A stretch of DNA of 64,000 nt from Stegostoma tigrinum (GCF_030684315.1 NC_081374.1:11954837-12018836), one strand, 5' to 3'. Counted from the stretch's first letter, positions 1 through 13,493 are shown. Notes: a model not told the origin generated them from the sequence alone. Translations and numbers: made by a program.

Positions 1-1778
1 GGTGGGGAGGTAGGGAGGGGATAGGTCAGTCCAGGGAAGACGGACAGGTCAAGGAGGTGGGATGAGGTTAGTAGGTAGCGGGGGGTGCGGCTTGGGGTGG
101 GTGGAAGGGATGGGTGAGAGGAAGAACCGGTTAGGGAGGCAGAGACAGGTTGGACTGGTTTTGGGATGCAGTGGGTGGGGGGGAAGAGCTGGGCTGGTTG
201 TGTGGTGCAGTGGGGGGAGGGGGTGAACTGGGCTGGTTGAGGGATGCAGTAGGGGAAGGGGAGATTTTGAAACTGGTGAAGTCCACATTGATACCATATG
301 GCTGCAGGGTTCCCAGGCGGAATATGAGTTGCTGTTCCTGCAACCTTCGGGTGGCATCATTGTGGCAGTGCAGGAGGCCCATGATGGACATGTCATCAAG
401 AGAATGGGAGGGGGAGTGGAAATGGTTTGCGACTGGGAGGTGCAGTTGTTTTTTGCGAACTGAGCGGAGGTGTTCTGCAAAGCGGTCCCCAAGCCTCCGC
501 TTGGTTTCCCCAATGTAGAGGAAGCCGCACCGGGTACAGTGGATGCAGTATACCACATTGGCAGATGTGCAGGTGAACCTCTGCTTGATGTGGAATGTCA
601 TCTTGGGGCCTGGGATGGGGGTGAGGGAGGAGGTGTGGGGACAAGTGTAGCATTTCCTGCGGTTGCAGGGGAAGGTGCCGGGTGTGGTAGGGTTGGAGGG
701 CAGTGTGGAGCGAACAAAGGAGTCACGGAGAGAGTGGTCTCTCCGGAAAGCAGACAGGGGAGGGGATGGAAAAATGTCTTGGGTGGTGGGGTCGGATTGT
801 AAATGGCGGAAGTGTCGGAGGATAATGCGTTGTATCCGGAGGTTGGTAGGGTGGTGTGTGAGAACGAGGGGGATCCTCTTGGGGCGGTTGTGGCGGGGGC
901 GGGGTGTGAGGGATGTGTCGCGGGAAATGCGGGAGACGCGGTCAAGGGCGTTCTCGATCACCGTGGGGGGAAAGTTGCGGTCCTTAAAGAACTTGGACAT
1001 CTGGGATGTGCGGGAGTGGAATGTCTTGTCGTGGGAGCAGATGCGGCGGAGGCGGGGGAATTGGGAATAGGGGATGGAATTTTTGCAGGAGGGTGGGTGG
1101 GAGGAGGTGTATTCTAGGTAGCTGTGGGAGTCGGTGGGCTTGAAATGGACATCAGTTACAACCTGGTTGCCTGAGATGGAGACTGAGAGGTCCAGGAAGG
1201 TGAGGGATGTGCTGGAGATGGCCCAGGTGAACTGAAGGTTGGGGTGGAAGGTGTTGGTGAAGTGGATGAACTGTTCGAGCTCCTCTGGGGAGCAAGAGGC
1301 GGCGCCGATACAGTCATCAATGTACCGGAGGAAGAGGTGCGGTTTGGGGCCTGTGTAGGTGCGGAAGAGGGACTGTTCCACGTAACCTACAAAGAGGCAG
1401 GCATAGCTGGGGCCCATGCAGGTGCCCATGGCCACCCTCTTAGTCTGTAGGAAGTGGGAGGAGTCAAAAGAGAAGTTGTTGAGTGTGAGGACGAGTTCAG
1501 CTAGGCGGATGAGAGTGTCGGTGGAGGGGGCCTGGTCGGGCCTGCGGGACAGGAAGAAGCGGAGGGCCTTGAGGCCATCTCCATGCGGAATGCAGGTGTA
1601 CAGGGACTGGACGTCCATGGTGAATATGAGGTGTTGGGGGCCAGGGAATTGGAAGTCCTGGAGGAGGTGGAGGGCGTGGGTGGTGTCACGGACGTAGGTG
1701 GGGAGTTCCTGGACCAAAGGGGAGAAAATGGAGTCCAGATAGGTGGAGATGAGTTCGGTGGGGCAGGAGCAGGCTGAG
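1..1778 (-). mobile_element. Penelope-like retroelement (Neptune-type), 5'-truncated, young; continues past the window start
   Basis: Uninterrupted ORF from 1778 down to 131: RT motifs (MDVQSLYT, VAMGT.MGPSYA, RYIDD), Cys-rich linker CNRRKCYTC, GIY-YIG (VVYCIHC..CGFLYIGET..R..EH), then the C-rich terminal repeat. The first ~17 aa of the listed ORF come from flanking DNA. Confidence 0.92.
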
Positions 1779-1785
1779 GTAATTC

Positions 1786-2300
1786 TCCCCCCACCCAGTG
1801 CATCCCAAAGCCCAGCTCGCCCCCACTGCATCCCAAAATTCAGCTCGTCCCCTCCCCCACCACTGTGTCACAAAGCCCAGCTCATCCCCTGCAGCCCCAA
1901 CTGAATCCTAAAACCAGCCCAGCTTGTCCCCTCCTCCCTAACCTGTTCTTCTTCTCACCTAACCGCTCCTCCCACCTCAAGCCGCATCTCCATTTCCTAC
2001 CTACTAACCTCATCCTGCCTCCTTGACCTGTCCGCCCTCACCGGATTGACCTATTCCCTCCCTACATCCCCACCTATACTCTCCTCTCCACCTGTCTTCT
2101 CCTCTATCCATCTTCGGTCCACCTCCCACTCTCTCCTTATTTATTTCAGAGCCCTCACCCCATACCCCTTTTCTGATGAAGGGTCTAGGCCAGAAGCGTC
2201 AGCTTTTCTGCTCCTAAGATGCTGCTTGGCCAGCTGTGTACATCCAGCTCCACACTTTCTTATCTCGGATTCTCCAGCATCTGCAGTTCCCATTATCTCA
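1786..2300 (+). mobile_element. Solo Penelope 3' terminal repeat (pLTR); paralogs 17127-17641 and ~49910-50360
   Basis: Same C-rich repeat and ...gatgctgcttggcc...ccattatctc end found at the 3' ends of the coding Penelope copies. Confidence 0.8.
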
Positions 2301-2319
2301 GATCATGATATTCAAAGTG

Positions 2320-4660
2320 GGAATAAAGTGTGAAGCTGGATGAAGACAGCACGCCCAGCAGCATCTCAGGAGCACAGAAACTGACGTTTCAGGCCTAGAC
2401 CCTTCATCAGAGAGGGGGATGTGGTGAGGGTTCTGGAATAAACAGGGACAGAGGGGGAGCCGGACCGAAGATGGAGCGAAAAGAAGATAGGTGGAGAGGA
2501 GAGTATAGGTGGGGAGGTAGGGAGGGGATAGATCAGACCAGGGAAGACGGACAGGTCAAGGACGTGGGATGAGGTTATTAGGTAGGACATGGAGGTGCGG
2601 CTTGGGGTGGGAGGAAGGGATGGGTGAGAGGAAGAACAGGTTAGGGAGGCAGAGACAGGCTGGGCTGGTTTTGGGATGCGGTGGGGGAAGGGGAGATTTT
2701 GAAGCTGGTGAAGTCCACATTGATACCATTGGGCTGCAGGGTTCCCAAGTGGAATATGAGTTGCTGTTCCTTCAACCTTCTGGTGGCATCATTGTGGCAC
2801 TGCAGGAGGCCCATGATGGACATGTCATCTAAAGAATGGGAGGGGGAGTTGAAATGATTCGCGACTGGGAGGTGCAGTTGTTTATTGCGAACCGAGCAGA
2901 GGTGTTCTGCAAAGTGGTCCCCAAGCCTCCGCTTGGTTTCTCCAATGTAGCGGAAGCCACACCGGATACAATTGATGCAGTATATCACATTGGCAGATGT
3001 GCAGGTGAACCTCTGCTTAATATGGAATGTCATCTTGAGGCCTGGGATAGGGGTGAGGGAGGATGTGTGGGGGCAAGTGTAGCACTTCCTGCAGTTGCAG
3101 GGGAAGGTGCCGGGTGTGGTGGGGTTGGAGGGCAGTGTGGAGTGAACAACGGAGTCACGGAGAGAGTGGTCTCTCCGGAAAGCATACAAGGGTGGGGATG
3201 GAAAAATGTCTTGGGTGGTGAGGTCGGATTGTAGATGGCGGAAGTGTCGGAGGACCATTCATGACCTCATCACCTCAGGAGACCTCCCACCCACAGCCTC
3301 CAACCTTATTATTCCCCAACCCCGCACGGCCCATTTCTATCTCTTTCCCAAAATCCACAAACCTGCCTGCCCTGGTCGACCCATTGTCTCAGCCTGTTCC
3401 TGCCCCACCGAACTCATCTCCACCTATCTGGACTCCATTTTCTCCCCTTTGGTCCAGGAACTCCGCACTTACGTCCGTGACACCACCCACACCCTCCACC
3501 TCCTCCAGGACTTCCAATTCCCTGGCCTCCAAAACCACATTTTCACCATGGACGTCCAGTCCCTATACACCTGTATTCCGCATGCAGATGGCCTCAAGGC
3601 CCTCTGCTTCTTCCTGTCCCGCAGGCCTGACCAGTCCCCCTCCACCGACACCCTCATCCGCCAATCCGAACTCGTACTCACCCTCAACAACTTCTCTTTC
3701 GAATCCTCCCACTTCCTACAGACAAAGAGGGTGGCCATGGGCACCCACATGGGATCCAGCTATGCCTGCCTCTTTGTAGGTTACATGGAACAGTCCCTCT
3801 TCCGCACCTACACAGGCCCCAAACCCCACCTCCTCCTCCATTACATTGATTACTGTATCGGCGCCGCCTCTTTCTCCCCAGAGGAGCTCGAATAGTTCAT
3901 CCACTTCACCAACACCTTCCACCCCAACCTCAAGTTCACCTGGGCTATCTCCAACACATCCCTCACCTTCCTGGACCTCTCAGTCTCCATCTCAGGCAAC
4001 CAGCTTGTAACTGATGTCCATTTCAAGCCCACCGACTCCCACAGCTACCTAGAATACACCTCCTCCCACCCACCTTCCTGCAAAAATTCTATCCCCTATT
4101 CCCAATACCTCCGCATCCATCGAATCTGCTCCCAGGATGAGGCATTCCACTACCGCACATCCCAGATGTCCAAGTTCTTCTAGGACCGCAACTTTCCCCC
4201 TTCAGTGGTCGAGAATGCCCTTGACCGCGTCTCCCGCATTTCCCACAACACATCCCTCACACCCCGCCCCCGCCACAACCGCCCAAAGAGGATCCCCCTC
4301 CTTCTCACACACCACCCCACCAACCTCCGGATACAACGCATCATCCTCCAACGCTTCCGCCATCTACAATGCGACCCCACCACCCAAGACATTTTTCCAT
4401 CCCCACCCTTGCCTGCTCTCCAGAGAGACCACTCTCTCCTGCAGTGCCACAATGATGCCACCCGAAGGTTGCAGTAACCGCAACTCATATTCCGCTTGGG
4501 AACCCTGCCGCCCAATGGTATCAATGTGAACTTCACCAGCTTCAAAATCTTCCCTTCCCCCACCGCATCCCAAAACCAGCCCAGTTCATCCCCTCCCCCC
4601 ACCATATCCCAAAACCAGCCCAGCCTGTCTCTGCTTCCATAACCTGTTCTTCCTCTCACC
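2320..4660. mobile_element. Penelope element with inverted 5' arm (2320-3254 minus: GIY-YIG + pLTR; 3255-4660 plus: RT with stops, EN deleted)
   Basis: ORF 2641..3258(-) is the GIY-YIG region; ORFs 3206..3895 and 4205..4477(+) are RT pieces; orientation switch at ~3254; internal deletion at ~4437. Confidence 0.88.
2383..2410 (-). ncRNA. Hammerhead ribozyme core (inverted pLTR); other minus-strand copies at 17724-17751, 31751-31778, 41188-41215, 55232-55259
   Basis: Reverse complement reads CTGATGAAGGGTCTAGGCCTGAAACGTC; the other copies have 1-2 substitutions. Confidence 0.6.
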
Positions 4661-5224
4661 CTTCCTCTCAAACTTGTTTGAGTTTTTTGAAAATGAAACC
4701 AAAAGGATTGATGCGGACAGAGAAGTAGGTAGTGTCTACATAGGCTTTAGTAATAAGGTTCCTCATGGTAGGCTAATTAGTAAAGTTAGCTCTCCTGGGA
4801 TTGAGGATGATCTTGCCAAATGGAACAAAATTGGCTTGACAGCAGGAGACAGGGTGTGGTGATAGAGGACTGTTTTTTGGACGGGAGCCCTGTGACCAGT
4901 GAAGTTTCTCATGAGTCAGTATAATTTATGTAAACAATCTGGATAAGAATTTTGGAAGCATGGTTGGAAAGTTTTCAGCTGACACCAAAATTGGTGGTAA
5001 AGTTGAGGGCAGTTCAGAGTCAACCACATTGCTGTGGGTCTGGAGCCACATGTAGGCCAGAACAGGAAAGGATGGCAGTTTCCCTCCCTCAAGGACATTA
5101 GTGAACCAGATGGGTTTTTCCTGAAAATCGACAATGATTTACCAGGATGTTACCGGAACTGGAGAGTTTCAGTTATGAGAACAGGCGAGAAAGGCTGGGA
5201 AGTTTTCCACAAGACGTTTTTATA

Positions 5225-5575
5225 ATTCATTTATTGGATGAGAGTGTTGCTGGCTACGCAGCATTTATTGCCCATCCCTAAATGCCCAGAGGGCAGTTCA
5301 GAGTCAACCACATTGCTGTTGGTCTGGAGCCACATGTAGGCCAGAACAGGAAAGGACAGCAGTTTGCTTCCTAAAAGAACGTTCATGAACCAGATGGGCT
5401 TTTATTGACAATCAACAATGGATTCAGAGTCATCATTTGACTGGCAATTCCAGATATTTATTGAATTCCAATTCCACCATCTGCCATGGCGGGATTTGAA
5501 CCCTGGTCCTCAGATCATAATCTGGGTCCCTGGATTAACAATCCAGCGATAATACCATGAAGCCATTGCCTCTCC
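5225..5575 (-). mobile_element. SacSINE/DeuSINE-like SINE; related copies ~5004-5137, 22170-22300, 22390-22740, 28868-29215, 52650-52995
   Basis: Recurrent gcatttattgcccatccc...gagtcaaccacattgctg...gaaccagatggg...ggatttgaacc module (B-box on the minus strand). Family name is from recall. Confidence 0.6.
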
Positions 5576-7119
5576 CGGAGTGTAGTATGCGTTGTAAATT
5601 TACGACAACAATGGCCATTTCTGATGAAAGGTTTAGGCCCGAAACATGAGCTTTCCTGCTCCTAAGATGGGCTTGGCCTGCTGAGATCATCCAGATCTAC
5701 ACCTTGTTATCTCCCGTGATGTGTTTCACTTTGATACGGGATAGATCAATGTATATTTTTAAGGAGAGAGGGAGACTATCATAGCGAAAGAGGAAAGTGG
5801 GTGGAATATTTCCCTCCCTGGAACAATCAGGGAAATTACAAGAAGTTGGGAAAATATGCCAATCATGAAAGAATCAGAACTTCTCATCAAGGAAAGATTT
5901 TCCAATTTTCTCCTCAGGTGTATGAATGGCATCTTCAGAATCTCACTACTGAGTTGTGACTATCTTATTTCCATGTATATTTGTGCCTCGTTATGAGCCC
6001 AACTCTCACCTCTTTTTCACCATTTCCAATTGTGAACACTACTCACTGATTGCTTGTCCCAAACCTCACCAAGGCTTCATCTGTCTTCACCACGACATCC
6101 CTGCACCCACCGTGCAGACAATCCTAAACCACTTTTTATCCGCTCAAGTCATCATGAGCAAACCATCAGCCTTCCCTGCAGCATCAGAACTCCCCTCGCT
6201 CCAGCTCTCACACCATTTGAATTTGCAGCTCGGGGACACTTGTTTGCAGGCTGCCAGCCTCAGTGCTTTACATTGTTTTTAAACACAGAGCATTGTCATT
6301 GTGAACTGCAGCCTGCCAGACTCTGTGAGCTGCATTGCATTGTACCACAGAGTTCAAAGTTGGCAACTTGTCACAGTGGGAGGCACTGAGCAGAAAAGGG
6401 AGTGAGCATGTCATTGTATGGCACCATACCATGTCAATGTCACTCTGATATTACTGGCCAATACCGCATGTGGCAAATATAGTGATCTACTTCAGTGAAA
6501 TTGCCATGTCTGAAAGTGAATTGATGGAGACCATTGCCTCACGGGGTGACTGGGGACTATCGGGACCCTGAGGCTGACACCTCAATCAGTTCAGATGCTC
6601 ATTCAATTCCAGTCCATGGTCACTCAGTGCCTGATCTAACCAGACTTTGGGGATCTGGTTCCTTGTCTTTCCTGGGCCTCATTCAGTCCCATAATTGAAG
6701 TGTATCCAGTCCAGGGATTACCGAGAGCGCAGTCTGGAAGCTTAGAGAAATTAGCTCGTGCACTGGGCCACTTTCATTGGAGCTCTCCTGCCGAGTCAGT
6801 CCACATTCGGGTTGGAGTAGGTGATGGTTTGATCAGGAATGTTTTGTGGGTTTGTCAGGGCGAAGTCTATGGAAGCCAGAGGGAAATGATCAAATCAAAT
6901 CTGGAATAGGCTCGATTGGACTGAGAATGATGACAGTGAGTAAAGACAGTTCAAGATGAAAGAGTATTAAAAGAGGAAAATAAACAGAGTAGGATTTCTG
7001 GTCATCACAATTACACACCTACAGTCAGAAGATGTACTTCCAGCTTGAAGACGTGAAAATCTTACAGTATTTGACAGGATGTACATTATATTTTTGGGTA
7101 ATAAAATCATATTCATCAA

Positions 7120-7450
7120 GTCATATGGTCATAAAATGCAGAATTAAATCCTTCAGTCCAGTTCGTCCCCCTCGAACACACATCCCAATCTGACGTGGTC
7201 CATTTGTCAGTTTTGGCCCCACTAAACCTCTCCTATTCACATACCCATCCAGATGCCTTTTATATGCAGTAACTGTACCAGCATTCACCACTTCCTCTGG
7301 CAACTCATTGCATACCTGCACTGCCCTCTGCATAAGAAAGTTGCTCCTCAGTTAGTTTGTCAAATCTTTTCCCTTTCACCTTTGACCGCTGCCCTTTGGT
7401 TGTGAACTCCCACACCAGGGAAAAAGACCAGGGCTATTCAGCCTGTCCAA
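7120..7450 (-). mobile_element. CR1 3' end remnant; paralogs ~24290-24610, ~35630-35965, ~59110-59445
   Basis: NELPEEVVNAGTVTAYKRHLDGY, the C-terminus of CR1 ORF2, plus 3' UTR. Confidence 0.7.
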
Positions 7451-9030
7451 GCCCTCATTTCAATTAGTTTATTTCCTATAGACATGTGTAATAATGTGGA
7501 ATGTAGACAATGTGAATACTGTTGGGTACAGGTATGGGTGAGTTCATATCTAACAGTTTGTTTTGGATATTATTACTTACAGAAGGCATTGTACGGAAGC
7601 TTGTTAGCTGTATGAATCAGATAAAAGCCTTGTTGTCATTTGAAAGATGTGATCTGTTTGCCACATTTTCATATATACAGCTTCAATGCATGCATTAATA
7701 AATATTTAAACAAAGAAAACTGACTCTGTTCTGGTCAAAAGAGGAAACACCACAAAAGATCACGCTTTTGGGGGGCTCTCATCGAACATCGGAAGTGCCA
7801 GAGAGAAAGGTTTTCCCAGGTCACAATCACTTTAGCCTGTACATGGTGTGGGTTCAGGGCCAATAAAGACACTGAATTGTATATCAGAGAGGAGATAGTC
7901 TGCAATGTGCAAGGGAGCCTCTTCATTGGGAGGGAAATGTCTATCACAGTGACTTACTGCCAGAATTCTACACCCCCAATAAATCTCGATGTCTTTGGTT
8001 GTGCAGATTACATTTGCATGACGTTATACACCTCGGACATTCTCATGGTGTTATCACATAGACAACAGTTGCCCTGAATTTTCTTGCCAATTTTCAAGGA
8101 CCAACTGGACAGCTGTATGGCACCCCCGACTCTCTGACACACAAATGCAGACTAGCTGTCTCTGTTGCCGTTTTCTCCAGATCACAGCTATTCATATGTT
8201 TCCCTGAGCTGTGACACAGAGACCCTCTCAGTCCAGGAAGGGAAATATTCCACCATCACTGGCTTCCGCCAGGGACAGGATGCTATAAGCTGCACCCACA
8301 TTGCTTTCAGAATGTCCGTTGATGCCAGCTTTTGGAGGTGGCTCATTGATATCCTGGGAGCTCTCACAATGCTCAGATAGTCGAGAGGTCACTGGGTCCT
8401 GCTTCTTCCCAATGTTCTCAGGACATACAGGAATGGCTGCTGGGAAACAAGGAGAGCGCTCCTGAAACATGGCCAATGGCATTTTTATCAAACCCATAGA
8501 CTGATACAGAATGAAGATACATTGCTGCTCCTGCTTCCACCAGGGCCACTGTGGAACAGGCCACAGACCTTGTTAAAATGAGATTTTGATGCTTCAGTGT
8601 GATCTTGCAGCTTTGCCCAGAATATCTTTGCCGTCAGTATGGCTGCTGGGGCCCACACAGCTGGAGTTGACAAAGGATTTTGGTGGGGGGCAGTGGGATG
8701 TCCCACATACAGATGAAATGTGGTGGGGGTCATATTCAGGCTCACTGTCACCAACAGGAACTACTGCAGTGGCTCTGCATCCCAGGCAGGAAGGAAATGG
8801 AGAGACCAGACATCACTGGAGTGTCCTGAGGGGAAACATCGAGGGATTTTCTTTGATGCTCCTCCTCTCTATGGGTGCCTCCTGACACCATCCTGTCTCC
8901 CTGAGATGGAGGGGAACCTGGAGTGATGTCAATAGCCACATCCCACTCTCACCTCCTCAGTGACACTGAGCACCAACGGCCTCAGCGATGGAATGTCGGC
9001 CCATGTTCATGTCCAGCAGACACTGAGTGG

Positions 9031-9951
9031 TTCTGGATGTCCTGTAGACGCTGGTTTGAAGTTCCCCATTGACTGTTCGCTCTCCTGTGACATCTAGGAA
9101 TGGCAGTTTGTTGTTGTTTTCCTCCTCTTTTGTGAATGTTATGCCAGTAAAGGGTATTATTGATGGTCTTGAAGGTTTCCTCTCATTTGTTTTGTTTAGT
9201 GATGACAAAGGTGTCATCCACGTAGCGGACCCAAAGTTTGGGTTGGATGATTGGCAGAGCTGTTTGTTCCAGTCTCTGCATTACTGCCTCTGCTAAGAAC
9301 CCTGATATCGGAGATCCCATGGGTCTACCGTTGGTTTGTCTGTAGGTTTTGTTATTGAAAGTGAAGTGGGTGGTGAGGCATAGGTCCACTAGCTTGATGA
9401 TGTTGTCCTTGCTGATGAGGTTGGTGGTGTCTGGTGTATGTGTCTTCGGTTCTTCTAATGGTGTAGTCAGTGTTTCTTTGGCCAGGTTGATGTTGATGGA
9501 TGTGAACAGGGCTGTTACGTCAAAGGAGATCATTATTTCATCCTCTTCTATCTTGGTGTCTTTGATGGTGTTCAGGAATTCTTGGGTGGAGCGAATAGAG
9601 TGGCGGGAGTCTTCTACTAGGTGTTTTAGTCTTTGGTGTAGTTCCTTGGCTAATCTGTAGGTTGGTGTTCCAGGTAGCGACACTATGGGTCTGAGGGGGG
9701 GTGCTCCTGGTTTGTGAATTTTTGGTAGTCCGTAGAAGCGTGGTGTGTTGGATCCATCTGGTTTCATTTTTTGGAAGTCTCTCTTGTCTAATTCTCCAGA
9801 TTTTTGTTTTTTGAGTAAGGTTGTGATTCGTTTGTGGGGTCGGGTCTATCGCCACCTGTTGGTAAGTATTGGTATCTGCAAGCAGTGAGTTCGCTTTCTC
9901 GCTCGTCCAGAACCTCAACATGAGCTACAAATCTTCTCAAAACTCTCTGGT
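9031..9951 (-). mobile_element. Second Penelope family (Poseidon-like) RT fragment with TSD; paralog 26207-27121
   Basis: ORF 9183..9767: TPRFYGLPKIHKP..LRPIVS, SFDVTALFT, GRPMGSPISGFLA, RYVDD. CACTGAGTGG is duplicated at 9021-9030 and 9952-9961; empty sites at ~37625 and ~61105. Confidence 0.85.
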
Positions 9952-12900
9952 CACTGAGTGGGCTGGACCTGAGTCTGAGTGACAGCTGCCCACCCCTCCA
10001 AGGGGAGGTCCAGACACATCGCCTGGGACTGATAGTGTTGGTTGATTCCTCCAGCCTTTGATCTGGCCTGATAACCTCCTCTGACATACCTACCTGCTGT
10101 GCTTGTGCCTGTCAGTGCATTTTCACAATGTCAGTAAAATTACAGCTGACAATTCTGAAGATTGAAACCATTGTCTTTGATGCCACACAGTCACGTTTCC
10201 TTAGCCATTGTCTCCATCCATCTCCCTGTCTAACACAGCCCTCAACCACCATGTTGTGAGTTCCACACTCAGCCATTCCCATACCATCCCAGCCGGACTT
10301 GAACTTTCCACCATACATCAACTAAATCTCATCCAAATCTTTGCTCCAACTTTACACCTTTAAAGGTACGATAGAAATGCAAGTTACCTTGTTTGCAAAC
10401 AGTGATGGGGCAAGATTTTAAAAAAATATAATATGCAACTCAGCTCACTCTGTCTACAAAGCTGTAGATCCATACTGCACTGAAGAGCAAATTGAAATTT
10501 TGTCCCAAACATTAAAATTCAAATTACTTTGAATTGCAATGAGCACAATGAAATTTTTTTCAAATTAAAATTTAAAGTTTTCAGAATAACTTTCATTCCA
10601 AAATTACTTTCTTCATAAAAATGTTTCTGTCTGCAGCAAGCTACGTGTGAATGACTTATTCTCAATGAACACACATTCAGTTTGGGCCCAGTCCCTTAAA
10701 TCCTCAACTTGAACCATGGTCAATGAGGAACATGAATAAGAATCATAGAATCCCTACAGTGCAAAAAGAGGCCATTTGGCCCATCAGGGCTCACCATCTC
10801 TGTCAAGAGCATCCCACCAGACTGAGAATTCCATTCTATTCCGTTAAGCCACACATCTAATGTCTAGCCCACCTGGACTGCACAGCCTGTGAGCTCTCGG
10901 AAACTGAGCATGATCAATTCACCTAACGTGCACATAAATGCACAATCAGAGGAGCTTGAAGCACCTTCTGGAAACCCATGCAGACACGGGGAGAATGTAC
11001 AAACTGCACAGTGTCTGACAAGGCTTCAGTTGAACCCAGGTCACTGAGGCTGTGAGACAGCAGTGTTCAACACTGAGACACTGGGCTGTCCATACTTGTG
11101 AAGTTGAGATCTGAAAAAAATGCTTCTACATTTGTTGCACGCTTTGGTGTTTATTGTGGTTTGACACTGTAAGAAAAATGTGTGAATAATTTCAAGGGGG
11201 ACGTGTGACAGAAACCCATGAATGTACAAAGAGACAAAGTGCTAAATATTCCCATCTGCACATTGGAGTTTGGTGTGTAAGTGGGATGGCAGAGAAAAGG
11301 TTCAGGCAGGTTGAACAGCAACATTTAAAAATCATTCAGATAGGTACATGGATGGGAGAGGTTTAGAGGGATATGGGCCAAATGCCAGCAATTGGAACTA
11401 GCCGACGGTGTACTATGGTCAGTATGGACCAGTTTGCGCTGAAGGGCCAGTTTCCATGCTGCCTCACTCTAAGAGAATATTACTTCATTCTCGAGGGCTG
11501 GAAGAGGAATTATCGTCTAAACTGTGCTCCCAACTGGAGCCATAGTTCCTACAGCTCAGAACATGTCGATGTTAAAGTATTATATCAGATCACCACTCAC
11601 ATCTCAGGCCTCATCTCAACGTCCTCACCGACCCGAAAACCAATCCACCGGTTTTAATCAGGGCCTGCTAGACACCTGGGATTGGCCTCCTCTATCACTG
11701 GTAAAAGCCCCGAGCCTGTGGAGAAAGCCCTTTGGCAAACCACAAACCATACCTACAGGCATTGTAACGCTGTGCGGGCAGCCATTGTCTACAGCTCATT
11801 AAAGAGATAGAACTGGGTCACCTGCAGCAATATGTCTGCAGCTACTGACAGAAATGTTCAGTGGAGACACATTCTTGAAAGACAGGGAGGGGACAGTTTT
11901 CTTAGAGCCCACATCACTGTTAATAAACTGGACATTGTGGGTAGGGCACTATGTGTCATTCAAGGCTGTTCTGAGAGTTTTCAGAGCGAGCCCTTTGATT
12001 ACCGTCTCTGTGAAGGTAACCTCCTGGGACAGGCTCATGTACACGTTGTGGTGGATCACTGCACCATTCCAGATCAAATGGGACGTCTATCCCGATGAGG
12101 GAGGGGTTTTGCGGCAGATCCAGTTCATGCAATGACTTGTCTCAGAAAAACAGTCTTTTGCCAACTGCCAAGTGCCCATCTAAAGGGCCATGGCTTTGAA
12201 ACTGAGCATGTTTTAAAACTCAACAGATTTTTAGAAGTGCTGGCTGCCCATCGACCTGAACGTGGCATTAACACTGAGTAAGTCACTTCAGAAGATCGCT
12301 GATAATTTGATCAGATATTCTACACTTTGTTAAAAAGAGCTGCATTTCCTGCTTCATTCCAGTCTAATTGTACAATCTCGTTATATTTTTCCAGCTGTTT
12401 CTGCAGTGCCCATGTCATTCAGTGCCTGGCAGTTCCCTGCTCTCTATTTCTGGCCCTCAGACACTGATGACCTATTGTCAGAGGGGTTTCATCCACATTG
12501 CGGTAATAACCCACAAATGTTTCCAAGTGTTCTACAAGAGATTACCCGATGTACTGTTTCTGTTTCCCAGACAGAGCAATGCGATGGTCCTCACTGGTTC
12601 AGTCTCTGGGTAACAATTCCAGTGACTCTCCTTCTATATTAAGCAATAAGGTGGGAGCACTGCCTTCAGCATTGTGGGTGGGGGTTAGCAGGGTTGATGA
12701 AGGGTGTCAACCCCTTTGACTTTCTCAAAGGTAAAACCCAACATGATTCACCAGGCTCACTCTTCATCAACCATGTCCTGGCAAATACAAAGCCCCATGT
12801 CAGGCAGTTCACCAGAGGGACCCTCGCCTTGGCATTGAAACTCACTCCCAGTTCCTCAATCACAGCTCACTTCTCCCAGAATTGTCCCTCCGTCAGTTGA

Positions 12901-13493
12901 GCTCCTTTTTCTGCCTGAAATAAGCCTCAGTACTTGTTTACTTGGATCTTTTGGAGGCAGAGCAGAGAGTGTAATTATCCTGCACATCCAAGAGTTTAGA
13001 TCCTGGCATAATAATTATTCAGCACTCACAACAGGAGGCACATTGTGCAGAAAAAGATAAAATATTCAAAACAAATCAATTTTTAACTGCAGGATGAATT
13101 TTCACACAATAAATCTGCATTTGTCATGAACTGTTTGCAGGAATTTTCCTACATGGGAGAATGAGACAGTTTTCATTCATCTGAGAATTCAGTCTAAATA
13201 CTGAGCTTCAGTCACTGCTATCCTTACACCTGACTTTTGAACTGTCTTGATTTCAGAAATTATTTTTTCATTTGATGAAAATTAGTTTAGTTTTTCTGTT
13301 AAGCATAGCTGATAGGACAAAAATTTCTTCAGGGTTAATTTGCGTCATCTGGCAGACTGTAGTTTCAGAAGTTGGCTTCCTGTATCCTCTTCCTCATTTA
13401 CATTCTTGTAAACTTTGTATTACTCATTTATTTCAGTGTGAGCAACAAGAGCTGTGAGACTGACATCAAGAACTGATCTTTGTGAATAAAACG

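Noticed and set aside
131-1831. 566-aa ORF as a host gene or telomerase
   Set aside because: RT plus C-terminal GIY-YIG and pLTR identify a Penelope element; the N-terminus is chance read-in from flanking repeat.
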